From assembly GCA_951406725.2 (NCBI GenBank), contig OX597831.1:6138001-6202000 (forward strand): a DNA stretch of 64,000 nucleotides, read 5' to 3'. Numbering within the stretch: the first letter of the stretch is position 1; the number at the start of each line of letters is the position of its first letter. The notes under the pieces are model-generated. The model did not search any database. It was given only the letters and a program-made list of their open reading frames with translations, and was not told where the DNA came from. The translations under genes and the position numbers were made by a program. Source of the DNA: Octopus vulgaris. Lineage: Eukaryota. Below are positions 35,373-47,800 of the stretch, piece by piece.

Positions 35373-38300
35373 TATATATTTAATTAATTTTCTTATGTTG
35401 TCTACTATACTGAATATACTCAAACATTCACTTATCCATGAGTGTGGGATCATGTCATAGGCTTTCCATGGTCTTGTTAGATTTTTCTTTCTAGCTTTTA
35501 CTTCGTTTAGAACTGCTTTGTCTTAAAAAAAAAAGCAGCACTCCGTTGTTTACGACGACGGGGGTCCCAGCTGAGACGATCAACAGAGCAGCTTGCTCGT
35601 GAAATTAACGTGCAAGTGGCTGAGCATTCCACAGACGCGTGTACCTTTAACGTAGTTCTCAGGGAGATTCAGCGTGACATAGAGTGTGACAAGGCCGGTC
35701 CTTTGAAATACAGGTACTTCTCATTTTTGCCAGCTGAGTGGACTGGAGCAACGTGAATTGAACTCACGGGAGCGGACAGCAGAGAAAAACATATTACGTA
35801 CACATACTAAGTCGAAACATTCAACAACAAACACTAAAATACATGGGAATACTCGTACAAGTATAAGTACACATACTTATACAGTCGTATATATACTCAC
35901 TCGTGCATATACACACTCTGCAAACCGTCACACACAAGCAGAAGCCAATAATAACTCAGGACCCGGACATTGTAACAAGCACGCACACATCGATTGTTAA
36001 TGAGAATTCCTGAGAAAGTAATGAGAAATTTTGCTGGGTTTTTATTTCATACGTTTTGTTGTCTTATATTGATTAAAACAACAGTGGGTACCACTTCCGC
36101 TTCATCTAAATTTAGAAAGAGAACACAGATCGAACAATTTAGCCGCAAATTTTGTCTGCCTACGTCTATTTTGATAATGATTCACATATCCGAGTAAGAA
36201 GTTGCATTTTTAAGACATTTTAATCCAAAGATAAACAAAATGTCACATTGACTTCCACAAACAGAACATTTGAGTCGAACATTTTTAGAAGACCCAGAAT
36301 GAAATATTCCAATGCGACTAAAATAATCAGAAACTATTTATTTGAAACCTATTTTTAATGAAATAACTTTAGGTTATTTTTTTTTAAAACTGATTTGTTT
36401 GTACGAAGTAAACTTTTTATCTAAGTGTGGGATGCTAATTGAGAAAAAGAACTGATAAGAAGTCTTTATTTGGTTAAGTTGTCATAATAAAAGTAAAAAG
36501 AGAGAGTTGGTATCCCATGCATGCTGTTGTGGTAATATGAGTATTGCCGCTTTATAACCGTTAGTCAACTTTGATCAAAGGCATACTGGTAACGGTAACC
36601 ATCCTATTTTAGATGATGGCTACAACGCACATAGAACTAATTTAGTACAACCGTTTTTTTTTTCTATAGCATCAGGATGTAATTTGAGGAAAATTGGGTT
36701 ATTATTTCCACCAGATGGATCGATCACGTAGAGCTCTCTTGTTGGGTCATTATAGGACAGTGAAGAAAAGTCGTCGATAGCCTGGTTGGAAGCACTCCGT
36801 CGGTTACGACGACGAGGGTTCTGGTTGATCCGAATCAACGGAACAGCCTGCTCGTGAAATTAACGTGTAAGTGGCTGAGCACTCCACAGACATGTGTACC
36901 CTTAACGTAGTTCTCGGGGATATTCAGCGTGACACAGAGAGTGACAAGGCCGACCCTTTGAAATACAGGTACAACAGAAACAGGAAGTAAGAGTGAGAGA
37001 AAGTTGTGGTGAAAGAGTACAGCAGGGATCACTATCATCCCCTGCCGGAGCCTCGTGGAGCTTTAGGTGTTTTCGCTCAATAAACACTCACAACGCCCGG
37101 TCTGGGAATCGAAACCGCGATCCTATGACCGCGAGTCCGCTGCCCTAACCACTGGGCCATTGCGCCTCCACATGTCGATGGCCTATGTCCCATAGGGAAC
37201 GAAGAGCTCAAATAAGTAAGGTGTGTTTGAAGAAAAAGTTTGGTCGCTACTTCCAAGTCGTACAACCACAGTTTTTTTTTTTCGTTAACTCGCAGAGAAG
37301 ATGTAATCAACGATGGGTTTGTGAAATAGAGTCGGTTAATTAATGTAACAGACAAACTCTACACGAACTAGCAAATGCACCTCAGTGTATGCGCTTTACA
37401 TAGAAAAAACAACCAAAACTTCTCTAAATCACTCTGGATTGGGTTTACATCTCAATCAGGTCTGATCTAGGTATAAACAATAACAACAGATGAAAATGTA
37501 TGCAATATTTACTAGCAGGACTCGTGGAAATTTCACGGTTATGTTGTAAGATCATAAAAACTTTTAAGAGAACCAACAAATACATAATCTATATTGAAAT
37601 TGTATTTTTTTTTTCTGATGTGTTTCATTCTTGAGATGTTGTAAAATCTGTAAGAGCTGTACTGACTGTAGTCATAGAAGGAAATCTTTGAAAACTGTAT
37701 CGTTCTTTATACCCTTGGCATCTCTTTTACTTTGAAAGCTGCCGTATCTTATTCTTAAATTTACGCGAAGAAGTAAACAAGCAATGGAATGAAAACAATG
37801 ACATAACCAATTTATAATAGTATTTTGCTGCAGTATGACTGTACTGGAAATGTTTTAGCAAATTTCATACCAGAAGAAAGTGCATATGGCTGGACTTGAA
37901 CTTACGGTTTCAGTGAACGAATACAGTACTTGCCCAACTGAGATACAAATAGAAAACAAAACAAAACAGGAGAGTTTATTCATAAGACATTTAGTTACAT
38001 CATTTTACGTACAGTTCATAAGCAACAAAAGATATTAATTTTATAAAGAAAATTGTATAAGCCGATTGCATTATGAAATCTTCAGAGGTTGCGTAACTTT
38101 CACGTTTAATATTCATGATGGACTGCTAACAGTTTTATAGCATGATTACCACAATAAGTGCGGTTTCTATAGTAGGTTATCTCTTCAATTTCGTTCCATA
38201 AATTATCAGTCTAACAAAGACTTTGTATACCTTGCGTACTCGCAAAGCATTTGATGAAATATGTACCAGTTAAATAATAGGATTGATCTAATCCATTAAG

Positions 38301-38689
38301 CATGTTCCAAAATTTTGTAATCTTTTATTAAAAAAAAAATCCATTGCGGTGGTAGTTTGGAGGTGAACTGAAAGTTCTGTGGCGACGGGAACAGGCAAAG
38401 GATATTGTTGCAAGTTCCTAGCCAAAGTCTCACACATAGTAGGCGCAGAGGGTGATGGCCGTCTCTTTGTAGAACCCGAAGGCACCTGCAAGATTCGTGT
38501 TCTCCTTTGTGTAGCAAGCAGTCTTATCTAGGTGTAACACTGCTTTTCCGATATGAGGGACGGGATGAGAAAAGGAACCCTAGAGAAAGTGTTACCTGCA
38601 ATTAGCTTGGCATTGACTATAGATGTCTAGCCATCCAGTTTATTTCAGTCGAGATAAAGGTAAGAAAAAAAAAAAGAAACATGTTAATC

Positions 38690-38880
38690 TTTGCTTGTTG
38701 TAGAACGAAAATCAGCAATACTTGCAAAGGTAACAGGCTCATATAATATATAAATGCTCTAAGTGAAACTAGGCTTACGGATATTGGTCAGCTAGAAGTT
38801 GGAAGTGGCTATTCATGTTTTAGAGCAGAAAGCCGACAGATGAACCAAGAATTCATTGGGTTGATTTTGCCATTAAATCG
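38690..38880 (+). mobile_element. Decayed RTE LINE AP-endonuclease N-terminus (possible 5'UTR upstream from about 38300)
   Basis: ALSETRLTDIGQLEVGSGYSCF...KPTDEPR...DFAIK resembles ALSETR..GQL....GY.FFWSG...R..GVGFAIK. Confidence 0.6.
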
Positions 38881-40138
38881 ACTCCGCAAGTTTCATACCC
38901 ACAAACTGCAAATAGATTGCAGTTACAGTGGAGAAAATATCTCTCTTATGGTAAAACGTGTGAAAACACCGTTTGTTCAGAATCGCCATCTATCAGGAAT
39001 CCTAGACATCGATGTTTCGAGTTTATTGACGTAACTCAAAACAAGCTTGTAAAACAATAGCTTTATGTAAATTTCAATATTTTCTCCACGGTAACTAAAG
39101 TGTATTTGCCTTTTAGCAGTTGAAATATATCACAAACATATTTTAACTGAACTAAATTTTGCTTATGCCTAAACACTGCTTAGCGCTAACATTTCGTTAT
39201 TTTCCTCGATCGGGCGATCTACTAGCACAAATCAGTCAAAATGCTGACTGAATTTTGCATAAAGCTATTGCTTTATAAGTTTGTTCAGAGTTGCCTCTCT
39301 TAAGCCCATCTCATTGACAAGAGTCAATGAACTTGAAACATCGATGACTGGGATTCCTGATGGAAGGCGATACTGAACAAACAGGATGTTTTCACACCTT
39401 TTTACCATAAGAGAGATATTTTCTCCACAGCAACTGCAGGGTATTCACCTTTTAGCAGTTGAAATATTTCACAAACATATTCTGACCTAAATTTTGCTTA
39501 TGCCTAAACACTGCTTAGCGCTAACATTTCGTTATATATATATAAAGTTAAGCAGAGTTAGCGGTTGGAATAACCGTCTAAGGGATAAGAATATCCGTTC
39601 TTACTACCAGCACCATTTACCTATGCTGTCACTGGGCATGGGTATGTAATCACTCTATGCTCATAGGGTACAAGTAATGATTTCTGGTCTCATCTCAAGG
39701 CCCTGTTCTTTCCTTCGTTTATTTTATTTTATGTATTTGCATTCACTCTGATGAACCTCCATGTACTAGAGCGAATGTGTTATAAAGATGGCGAATATTA
39801 TTTTCGGAATTTTCTTTGTAAGCACCGACTAACATCGGCAGCCGAAACGGCCGTAAGAAATGTTATTTAAATGTTATGTTATGTTTTGGATTAAAAAATA
39901 ATTAATCGATGTTGGTCAGTTTGTTTGTTTATCAAAAGTTTTCTCCATTTTCTGCTTATGTGTGTGTGTGTGTGTAAATATAATATGTGGCAATTATTCG
40001 GTAGCCATGATAAAACTCCGAGTTTCCGCCCCGCTATCCGAAACTCGGAGTTTTATCATGGCTACCGAATAATTGTCACATATAATGTTCACAGATAAAT
40101 CCCTCCATTTACATAATATCGAGGTCTCTTTCATTGAC

Positions 40139-40327
40139 ATAATGTCATTATTGCCTGGTGGGGCAACAATCTGCAGAAGCACTGACACCATTGTTGAAGA
40201 AAATAACGAAGCTGTTATAGATTATCCAGTGGAGTTTTTAAATTCACTGACGCTTTCTGGGGTACCGCCTCATATACTGACCTTGAATAGGCATTCGATA
40301 GTCATGTTGCTAAGGAACCTGAATCCA
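40139..40327 (+). pseudogene. Helitron PIF1-type helicase fragment
   Basis: IMSLLPG...RSTDTI...YPVEFLNSLTLSGVPPHILTLNRHSIVMLLRNLNP matches the Helitron helicase motif YP.EFLNSL..SG.PPH.L.LK.G..IMLLRNL. Confidence 0.85.
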
Positions 40328-41205
40328 ATGAACAACAAGAAATGGAAAGAATTCTGTTGTCCCTTTCCATTTAGTCGATGCCGAAAACCAAAGAGATATG
40401 CTCCCAGTCACTTGGCTGAAAGAGGCAGAAGTGAACCTTTCAATCGGTTTTATATAAGATTCGGCCAGGAAGTAGGTCAAACCTATAACAATGGATTGAT
40501 TTTTCCACCACCAGCACCAAAGGTCTTTGGCGGTCAGGTGTTTTTCATTAATCTCCCAGAAAACAGATAAAACACAAAGGATCAGAAATTCGTCAGATAA
40601 ACAATAGGTGTGTGGATCTTGACTAAACAGAGGAAAGCGATCTCACGCATATATATGAATTATGTGGAAGCCCGACGGGTATGTATATATATGTGGGGAA
40701 GGTGCGCGTACACACACCCAAACTTACAAACTTGATGGACATGTACACGATTTCCATCTACCAAAATAACTCATAGGGCATTGGTCAGCTTGGGCTATAA
40801 TAAAAGACACTTGCTCAATGTGTCTCTACACTAGCTGTGTGTGGTTTCTAATCCACATTATCTATTATGATTAATAAGATAAGGTAAGCAGTAGTTTTCT
40901 TTTTTCTCTTTTCTTTTAAAATTTTTAACTTTTAAGCATAGTTTCTTTTAAGATTTCGTGCGAAGTGCATCAATAATTTTAGATTTTTCATACAAAATGC
41001 GCCAGTTGTTTTTAATTTCCATGTGAAGTACTGTAGAAATTCTTTGATTAATCTCCAGTTATGCAACGAAATCAAAATGACTGAGAACCACTCATTAGAT
41101 AAAGCAGCTGTCTTGGAAACTCTTAAAATGATTTGATGATAATGGGTGGGATGCTTTTGATATCGAAGCTGATATAGGGATAAACAACAATAACAAGCAT
41201 CTGAA

Positions 41206-41656
41206 TAATAATAATAATAATAATAATGAAATTATTGTATACAGTGCTCAGGTGCACCACAACTTGTCAAAAAGTGCGTATAAAGTATATGCAGTAATGT
41301 ACAAATGTCTGGCAAGCGAACAGTGTATGAGTCAGATACATGCTTGTGTGTGTATGGAGGGGAGAAAATCAGGTGTTTTGTTGGCGAATCTCAGGAAGCA
41401 TGGAAGTTTTGAAGGATGCAGTGCTCCGACAACTAACAACTGATGCCAGCAGTTTGTTCCATGCTTCAGCAACTCTTAGCGTGAAAAAATGTTTCCGAAA
41501 GTCATGGGAGCTGTGCTGTTTTCTGACTTTGTAAACATGTCCACGGGTGTTAGACAGGTGGAATTTGAAAAGGTGCTCAGAGTTATTGTTTGTAAGATGG
41601 TTAATAATTTTATGGGTGTCTGCCAGACGTCGGAGTTTCAATGTGTCCATGCCCAT
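41206..41656 (-). mobile_element. CR1-type LINE 3' end with (ATT)n tail; shorter copies at about 29314-29555(-) and 55355-55624(+)
   Basis: TLKLRRL...NTRGHVYKVRK...RKHFFTLRVAEAWNKL..SVV...STASFK is the CR1 C-terminal signature. Confidence 0.85.
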
Positions 41657-44600
41657 ATGAATGTTTAAGAAATTCTCTTCTCAGTCACAATTCTACGAGT
41701 TCAATCTGAAAGCGTAGCACATCCGTTGTTTTCTGTTATAGACTCAGGCCAACCCAAACCTTGTGAATGGAAACTGAGTAGACGGAAATTGAGGGGAATC
41801 CTGTCACATGGACGACACTTGTGATTCATGGGCTTCAGCTTTGTCGCGCCCGGTGTTGTACTGATTCTGTCTGAATCAACGAGACGGGTGTATATGGAAC
41901 ATTCGACCGCTTATACTAAAACGAGTGATCGAACAACTAGCGCCCTCAATCCACGAAACAATTGCAAGATCCATTCATAAAGATTAATGTTTTCTTAATA
42001 ATTCCTTTCCTCACAGCTCTACACAACTGTCGTCTGCTTCTTTCAAAGAATAACATTTCTTGTGTTAGGGAAACTGAAACGATATTTTCATGGGAATATT
42101 CCATTAGTGTGTGTATATATATATATATATATATTACATTCCATTTTTTGTGCCTTTGGTCTTGCATTGATTAAAGGATGGCTATGTGGTTAATAATTCC
42201 ACTACAAAGCACTTCAGACTAATATCTGGATCTTTCCCGTCTGATGATTCGTTTCCTGATTATATTGAGAATTGCAACATATTTCTTGCTTTTCGTGCCA
42301 ATTACGAAACCGACAACCGTTTTGAGAGGAAAAGATACAGTTAAGAACCTTTAAAGATCGAAGTTTGGGGTGGTGGGGTTGAAAATTTAGCGAAGCAGAT
42401 AGTGCTATGATACTTATCATCTACACACCGTAGCATAAAGAAAATCGTAAGAGACTGCTACCTTTTGAGAAATAAATTTTTAAAAAAAACTTTTAAAAAT
42501 CGTTAGAAAATATTTCATGAAAAAAATCCCAACAAATTAACATTTGCATTGAAATTTTGCGATTCCTTACAAACCCTAGCTTGAAGATCCTTTCAATTAG
42601 TTGCTACAGAATTGGCGATCTTTCGTGCTTTGTAGTGTTCTTGTAACGAAAGATCGCCATAGAATCATATACAAATAACATCGTCGACTGGATGGAATGT
42701 CGGGAATGGATGAATGTGTCTTTCGTCTGTGCGTGTCAGTGGAGTTGGATCGCAAACCATAGGTCGGGAACTTGTTTTGAAGCCAGATTCTTCTATGAGT
42801 CTCAGAAAGGTAATGGACACTTCCACAAGTATATTCTTTCTGAATTATTTCTCAAATACGAAATCGTTGCTGTTCCAATTAACATTAGAGTTTTCTAACA
42901 TTACTGTTCCACAGAAGAGATTATTTGTATCTCTTGTCTCTAACATCTTCCTAAAACGCGCCAACACGCATACATATCGTTCTCTCTCTCATTTCCTACG
43001 TTTTCCCTCTCTTTTCTCCTTTTCTTTTGCTCTTCTGTGATTGCGCTTAGTCGTTCTTTCTTGTACTTCTTCTCCTTGCTTCTTCATTATCAAGTTTACT
43101 TTCTCTCTGCCATTCAATCTTACCTATCTTGTTTTCAATCACTATTTCTTATTTCCTCACCATCCATATCTTTTTATTAGCTGTCTGTAATTTTCATTTC
43201 CTGACGAAAACCTTTATGCACATAGCCCTCTTTATTTCGTTTATTTCTTTCTTACCTTGCAACCAATTTCATTATTTTGTATTATTCCTCTTAAATTAGA
43301 ATTAGAAACACTCGTTCACCTGCCCGCCGTCTTTGTGTACACAGCTTTCGTTCCTGAACCAACAACATGCTTGGCAGCAGTGAAATAAGGACAGAGTTTG
43401 TCACGGCTGGCCGTATTTACACGACGAGCGGGAAGTGACAACGGAGAATTTGGGATAAGTGAGAACTAAAGAAATGCGAGAGAGTTGGGTAGGATACTAA
43501 AGTGAAAGAAAGATGGAGTCATTAGGGAGAATGGGTTTGTGGAAAGAGTCGGAAAATCAAAGATGGCGGAAAGGAAATATTTACTTTGTAGACTCTTAGC
43601 AGCCCAAACCCGACCAAATACAAATAAGCCAGTTTTTTCTTTATATGAAGTGTTTCCCAGGCAAATGTAAGTGCATTCTTAGTTGCGTGTTTCTTTTAGA
43701 AAGAAGTCATTGTGTTTCTGTTTTCCTACACAAAAGAAACAAAACACAAAAATTGTCAACAGTAGCTCATACCAAAAAAAAAAAGAAAAAATGTATTGTT
43801 AGAATCGATAAATACATTTCAGAGAAACACCGAAAGAAAATTTGGAAAAAGAAATTAAGAACAAAAGTGGGAATTTAAAAAACAATAAAAACAAGTTAAA
43901 ATTTATTCAAGTAACCATTTTCTTTCAAACTGTCGGTGGACAATATCTAATAACACGGCTCCAGGTAGTCTTTTCTCAGATTGATACAGGAACAATCACT
44001 GTCGCCAGGTGTATAAGATAAAGAAATAATTATAAAATTGGAATGTTGTTTCCTGTGTTTAAAAATTCTGGTTGCAGATACATTTGCTGCTGTTATGAAT
44101 ACCCAAAGAAACATTCGAATTATTGGCAAGAGTAATTTTCAAGGAAAGTACGAAGAAGTATTTTGTGAAATTTAGCCTTGCAACAACAAAAACACCAACA
44201 GGAAAAAAGTTGCTGTTGTAATTTTATTTAAAAGACACACACATGCGCGTATATAAATATATAAATATTATTTTAACTATTCAATTTTTCCGTCCCCTCA
44301 CACTAACCAGGGTTATTTAGGACTGGAACAGAAAACAGACTGAATAATTCCAAGTCTTACATCATTTGATTAATAGGTGAATTTCAAAGTTTGAAAAGGA
44401 GACAGGCATAAAAGAAAAGGCAGAATCTGAAAAAGAATATTTGAAATCTTTTATCAAATGTCTACGGCTTTTATGCCCAGCATCAGTGCCAAATTTGCAC
44501 ATATGATTTTTTACTGACAGCAAACCTGGATATCTTTTCACACTGGCGTATGTTTTTCTTTTCCTCTTAGTGAAAGAAACAACATAATCTGACATTATCC

Positions 44601-44692
44601 GAGCATAATATATTTTAAAAAGAATTACAACTTGTCAGTCCATATATTAAAACACGGAGAAGTGAAAAGATTTATTTAAAGAAAGTACAAAA

Positions 44693-44869
44693 ATGAACCC
44701 GGAAAGTATATCTTCAATTTTCGTGGTTTTGATTGTCGCAACATCTATTCATCAAGTTTTGTCCCATGGAAGATTGATGGACCCACCAGCAAGAAACAGT
44801 ATGTGGAGGTTCGGTTTTCCAAACCCTGTTAATTATAATGACAACGAATTATATTGTGGTGGGAAAATG
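44693..44869 (+). CDS. AA15 LPMO exon 1 (signal peptide and His1)
   Basis: aaaaATG start; 24-aa hydrophobic leader; His codon CAT at 44765; donor GTAAGT at 44870, phase 0. Confidence 0.92.
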
Positions 44870-47800
44870 GTAAGTTAAATATTTATATTCAATATGAATT
44901 AAGAATCTTAAAAAATACTTTTTTTTTATTAACAGCTTTCTTGCATCATTTTCTCTTCTCGGTCGAATCGTTAGAACGTCGGACAGAATGTATTCTAACT
45001 CCTTACGTTTTTAGCTCAAATCTCGCCGGGGTCAATTTTAACTTTCATCGTTCCGGGGCCAATGAAAAAAAGTGCCGATCAAATGCTATGATATCAATGG
45101 CTCTTTTTTCTTTGACTCACACTTTTCAATTCGTTGTTCCACTTGATTTCAAATTTGGTGTATTGATGTAGTTTTTTGTGCTAATTAAGGAAACGAAATT
45201 CATTTTAACATAAATTAATAAATAAAAAGTTCATAACTTTTAAACTTTACAAATTTTAGTAATTTTAGCCAATAGTATGTCATAGACATATTGGTGCCTG
45301 TTTCCATAGTGATAAGCCACGGTATAGTCTGCTTGCTACTGCAGAGCAGTTGGTTACAACAGCTGTATTCGTGAAATCTGTGCGCCAGATTGGCAGTCCT
45401 GAGAAGATTGTTGAGATAGACTGAAACATTCTCAAGACGTAAATATTATACAACCGAAGAAGGGTGTTACCCGAGCAGTGGGTTTTCGGTGGAGTGTGTC
45501 GCCTGACCAAAGATGTTTTTCTTTATGCGATGCCATGTTGGAATCGGGACACACTGGAGATGCATACGTCAGTCGATTCTTCCAGTAGCCACAATTTTCA
45601 GTGACTTGTGGAGGACCTACTCTCAGATTCCTGAAATTGATGGTTATAATTTTCAACATAAAACAATGGACCACAGCATTGAATTTATTAACTCGAAAGA
45701 TGATAGCCACACCCAAGTGTCTTTATAAAACGAAGTAATAAACGACGCTGTTGCACCCACCGTTCTATAGTTGAGTTTATGCAGCGCAAGAGATATGAAA
45801 ATTGTAATTTGTTTGACAAACTCCTTGAGTGCTTCGAAACTTTCGTTTTTGAATTTTCGCTACAAAATATATATTGTTTACAGGAACTGAACTACGGTTT
45901 TTCTTTTTTTTTGTAATTTCACGTTCAGTTTCTATATACTATAATTAATTAATTTATTTAATTATGTATTTATTTAATAATAAATATTAAATTATGTAAT
46001 ATACAATATGAAATCACATGCTAAATTTTAGAATTAATACTAGTACAAAATATAACTACAATTAGAAATAAAAATAGGGTTTAAATATTGTCGCTATTTA
46101 TTAAAAAAATTATTATGTAAGTAAAGTAATTTGTGGCTACATTTAATTTTACGCTCGTCCAATGAATTAACTAATTTATTATGATTATTAAATAATATTT
46201 CTTTAAATTCACGAGAACATAAAAAACAGGAATTACTACCTATACTATATGATTTCGCCTTACAAATTATCTCCTACTTTAAATTATACTTAATTCGTTG
46301 GGATTTAAGTTCCCAACCAAGATTGACTATAATTTTAAATCGAATTTATTTCAATTGAATTTAAACTTAATTGTAATTTGAATTTAATTGTAGCAATGAA
46401 ACGGACGTAATTTTTTTTACTTATTATATATTGATCATTCAATTTTAGACTTTTTGAGATCTAGTTATATGTTTTATAAAAATATATATTATTTTTATAA
46501 AACATAATATATTTGTTTTCACTGTTTGAGTTGCATAATAGTGGTTTTATCTCAATTTATATTTTATATATTTATATTGTGAAATTCGATTTAATACTAA
46601 ATTGAATTTTTCCTTGTAAGTTTGGAGTTATACTCCCTAATATTATATATATATACATACATTCCAAAATGCAATTACATGTGGATTGTTGATGATTTTT
46701 TTCCTCTGTCTTCCTTTTCTCTTGGATTTTCCCATGTCTCTCTTGTTTCTGAAGAAGAGCTTTACTCAAAACGTAAAACACCTTTTCTTTCCTTCTCTGA
46801 ACGTCTTGTGAATACTTTGCATGTACCACGTCCTCGCATTGTTGTTTTTTCCTTGCCATGTTTTTTCTCGTTTTTTTTTGGGGGGGGGGATTAATTATAT
46901 ATATATATGTGTGTGTGCACATATATATATATATATGCGTGTGTGTGTGCATATATATATGTGTGTGCATATATATATGTGTGTGTGCATATATATATAT
47001 ATATGGCATGTAAAAAGCACCAACCAATCGTGGCCGTTGCCAGCTTCCCCTGGCACCTGTGCCGGTGGCACGTAAAAAGCACCCACTACACTCACGGAGT
47101 GGTTGGTGTTAGGAAGGGCATCCAGCTGTAGAAACACTGCCAGATCAGACGGGAGCCTGGTGCAGCCTCCTGGCTTCCCAGACCCTGGTCGAACCGTCCA
47201 ACCCATGCTAGCATGGAAAGCGGACGTTAAACAATGATGATGATGATGATATATATATGCAGGATAGAAATAACTACAAATTGTGATTGAATTACATCTA
47301 GTTATCTGGAAAAAGGGAAGGACATGTCAGTATAATGTAAACCTTAAATACGCATAATGGATTTTGATCAAGCTGTGGTTTTTAATTGATGCTATACTAT
47401 CAATCCCAGTATTTATTGCAGTCTTATGTTATAGATTTCTATATATCAAATATTTTAGTTGGCTACCTTCAGGTAGGTTTTGTGCCTATCTTCTTCTATG
47501 GCCATAAGTTGATCAAAAGAGTAAAATCGTCAATGCAAGTGGACCAAATGGTGGGATACCTCCTCTGAAGGATCTCTGGAGTAACATTACTCAACAGGGT
47601 ATGGAGCTGAAAGGTCGGGGCAGTCTTTCCTGGTGGAGATATGCTACTTCTCCACACTGAGAGACAATAGCCCCATGGACATGTGGTTAAAACATTGCAG
47701 GAAAGAATCACAAGATCGATTTTTCAAGCTGAGCCAACCCAGCAGGAGACCTAAGGGAAGACCATGAGTGAAATGGTTGAATGATATCCCTAGTATTCAG

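Noticed and set aside
40073-40570. 165-aa ORF as a functional PIF1 helicase gene
   Set aside because: Only about 63 residues resemble a Helitron helicase, no other helicase motifs lie nearby, and the rest of the ORF is unrelated.
43380-43470. GC-richer patch with GCGGGAAGTGAC (ETS-like) as an LPMO promoter or 5' exon
   Set aside because: A single short motif 1.2 kb upstream with no clear donor or TSS evidence; cannot be supported from sequence alone.
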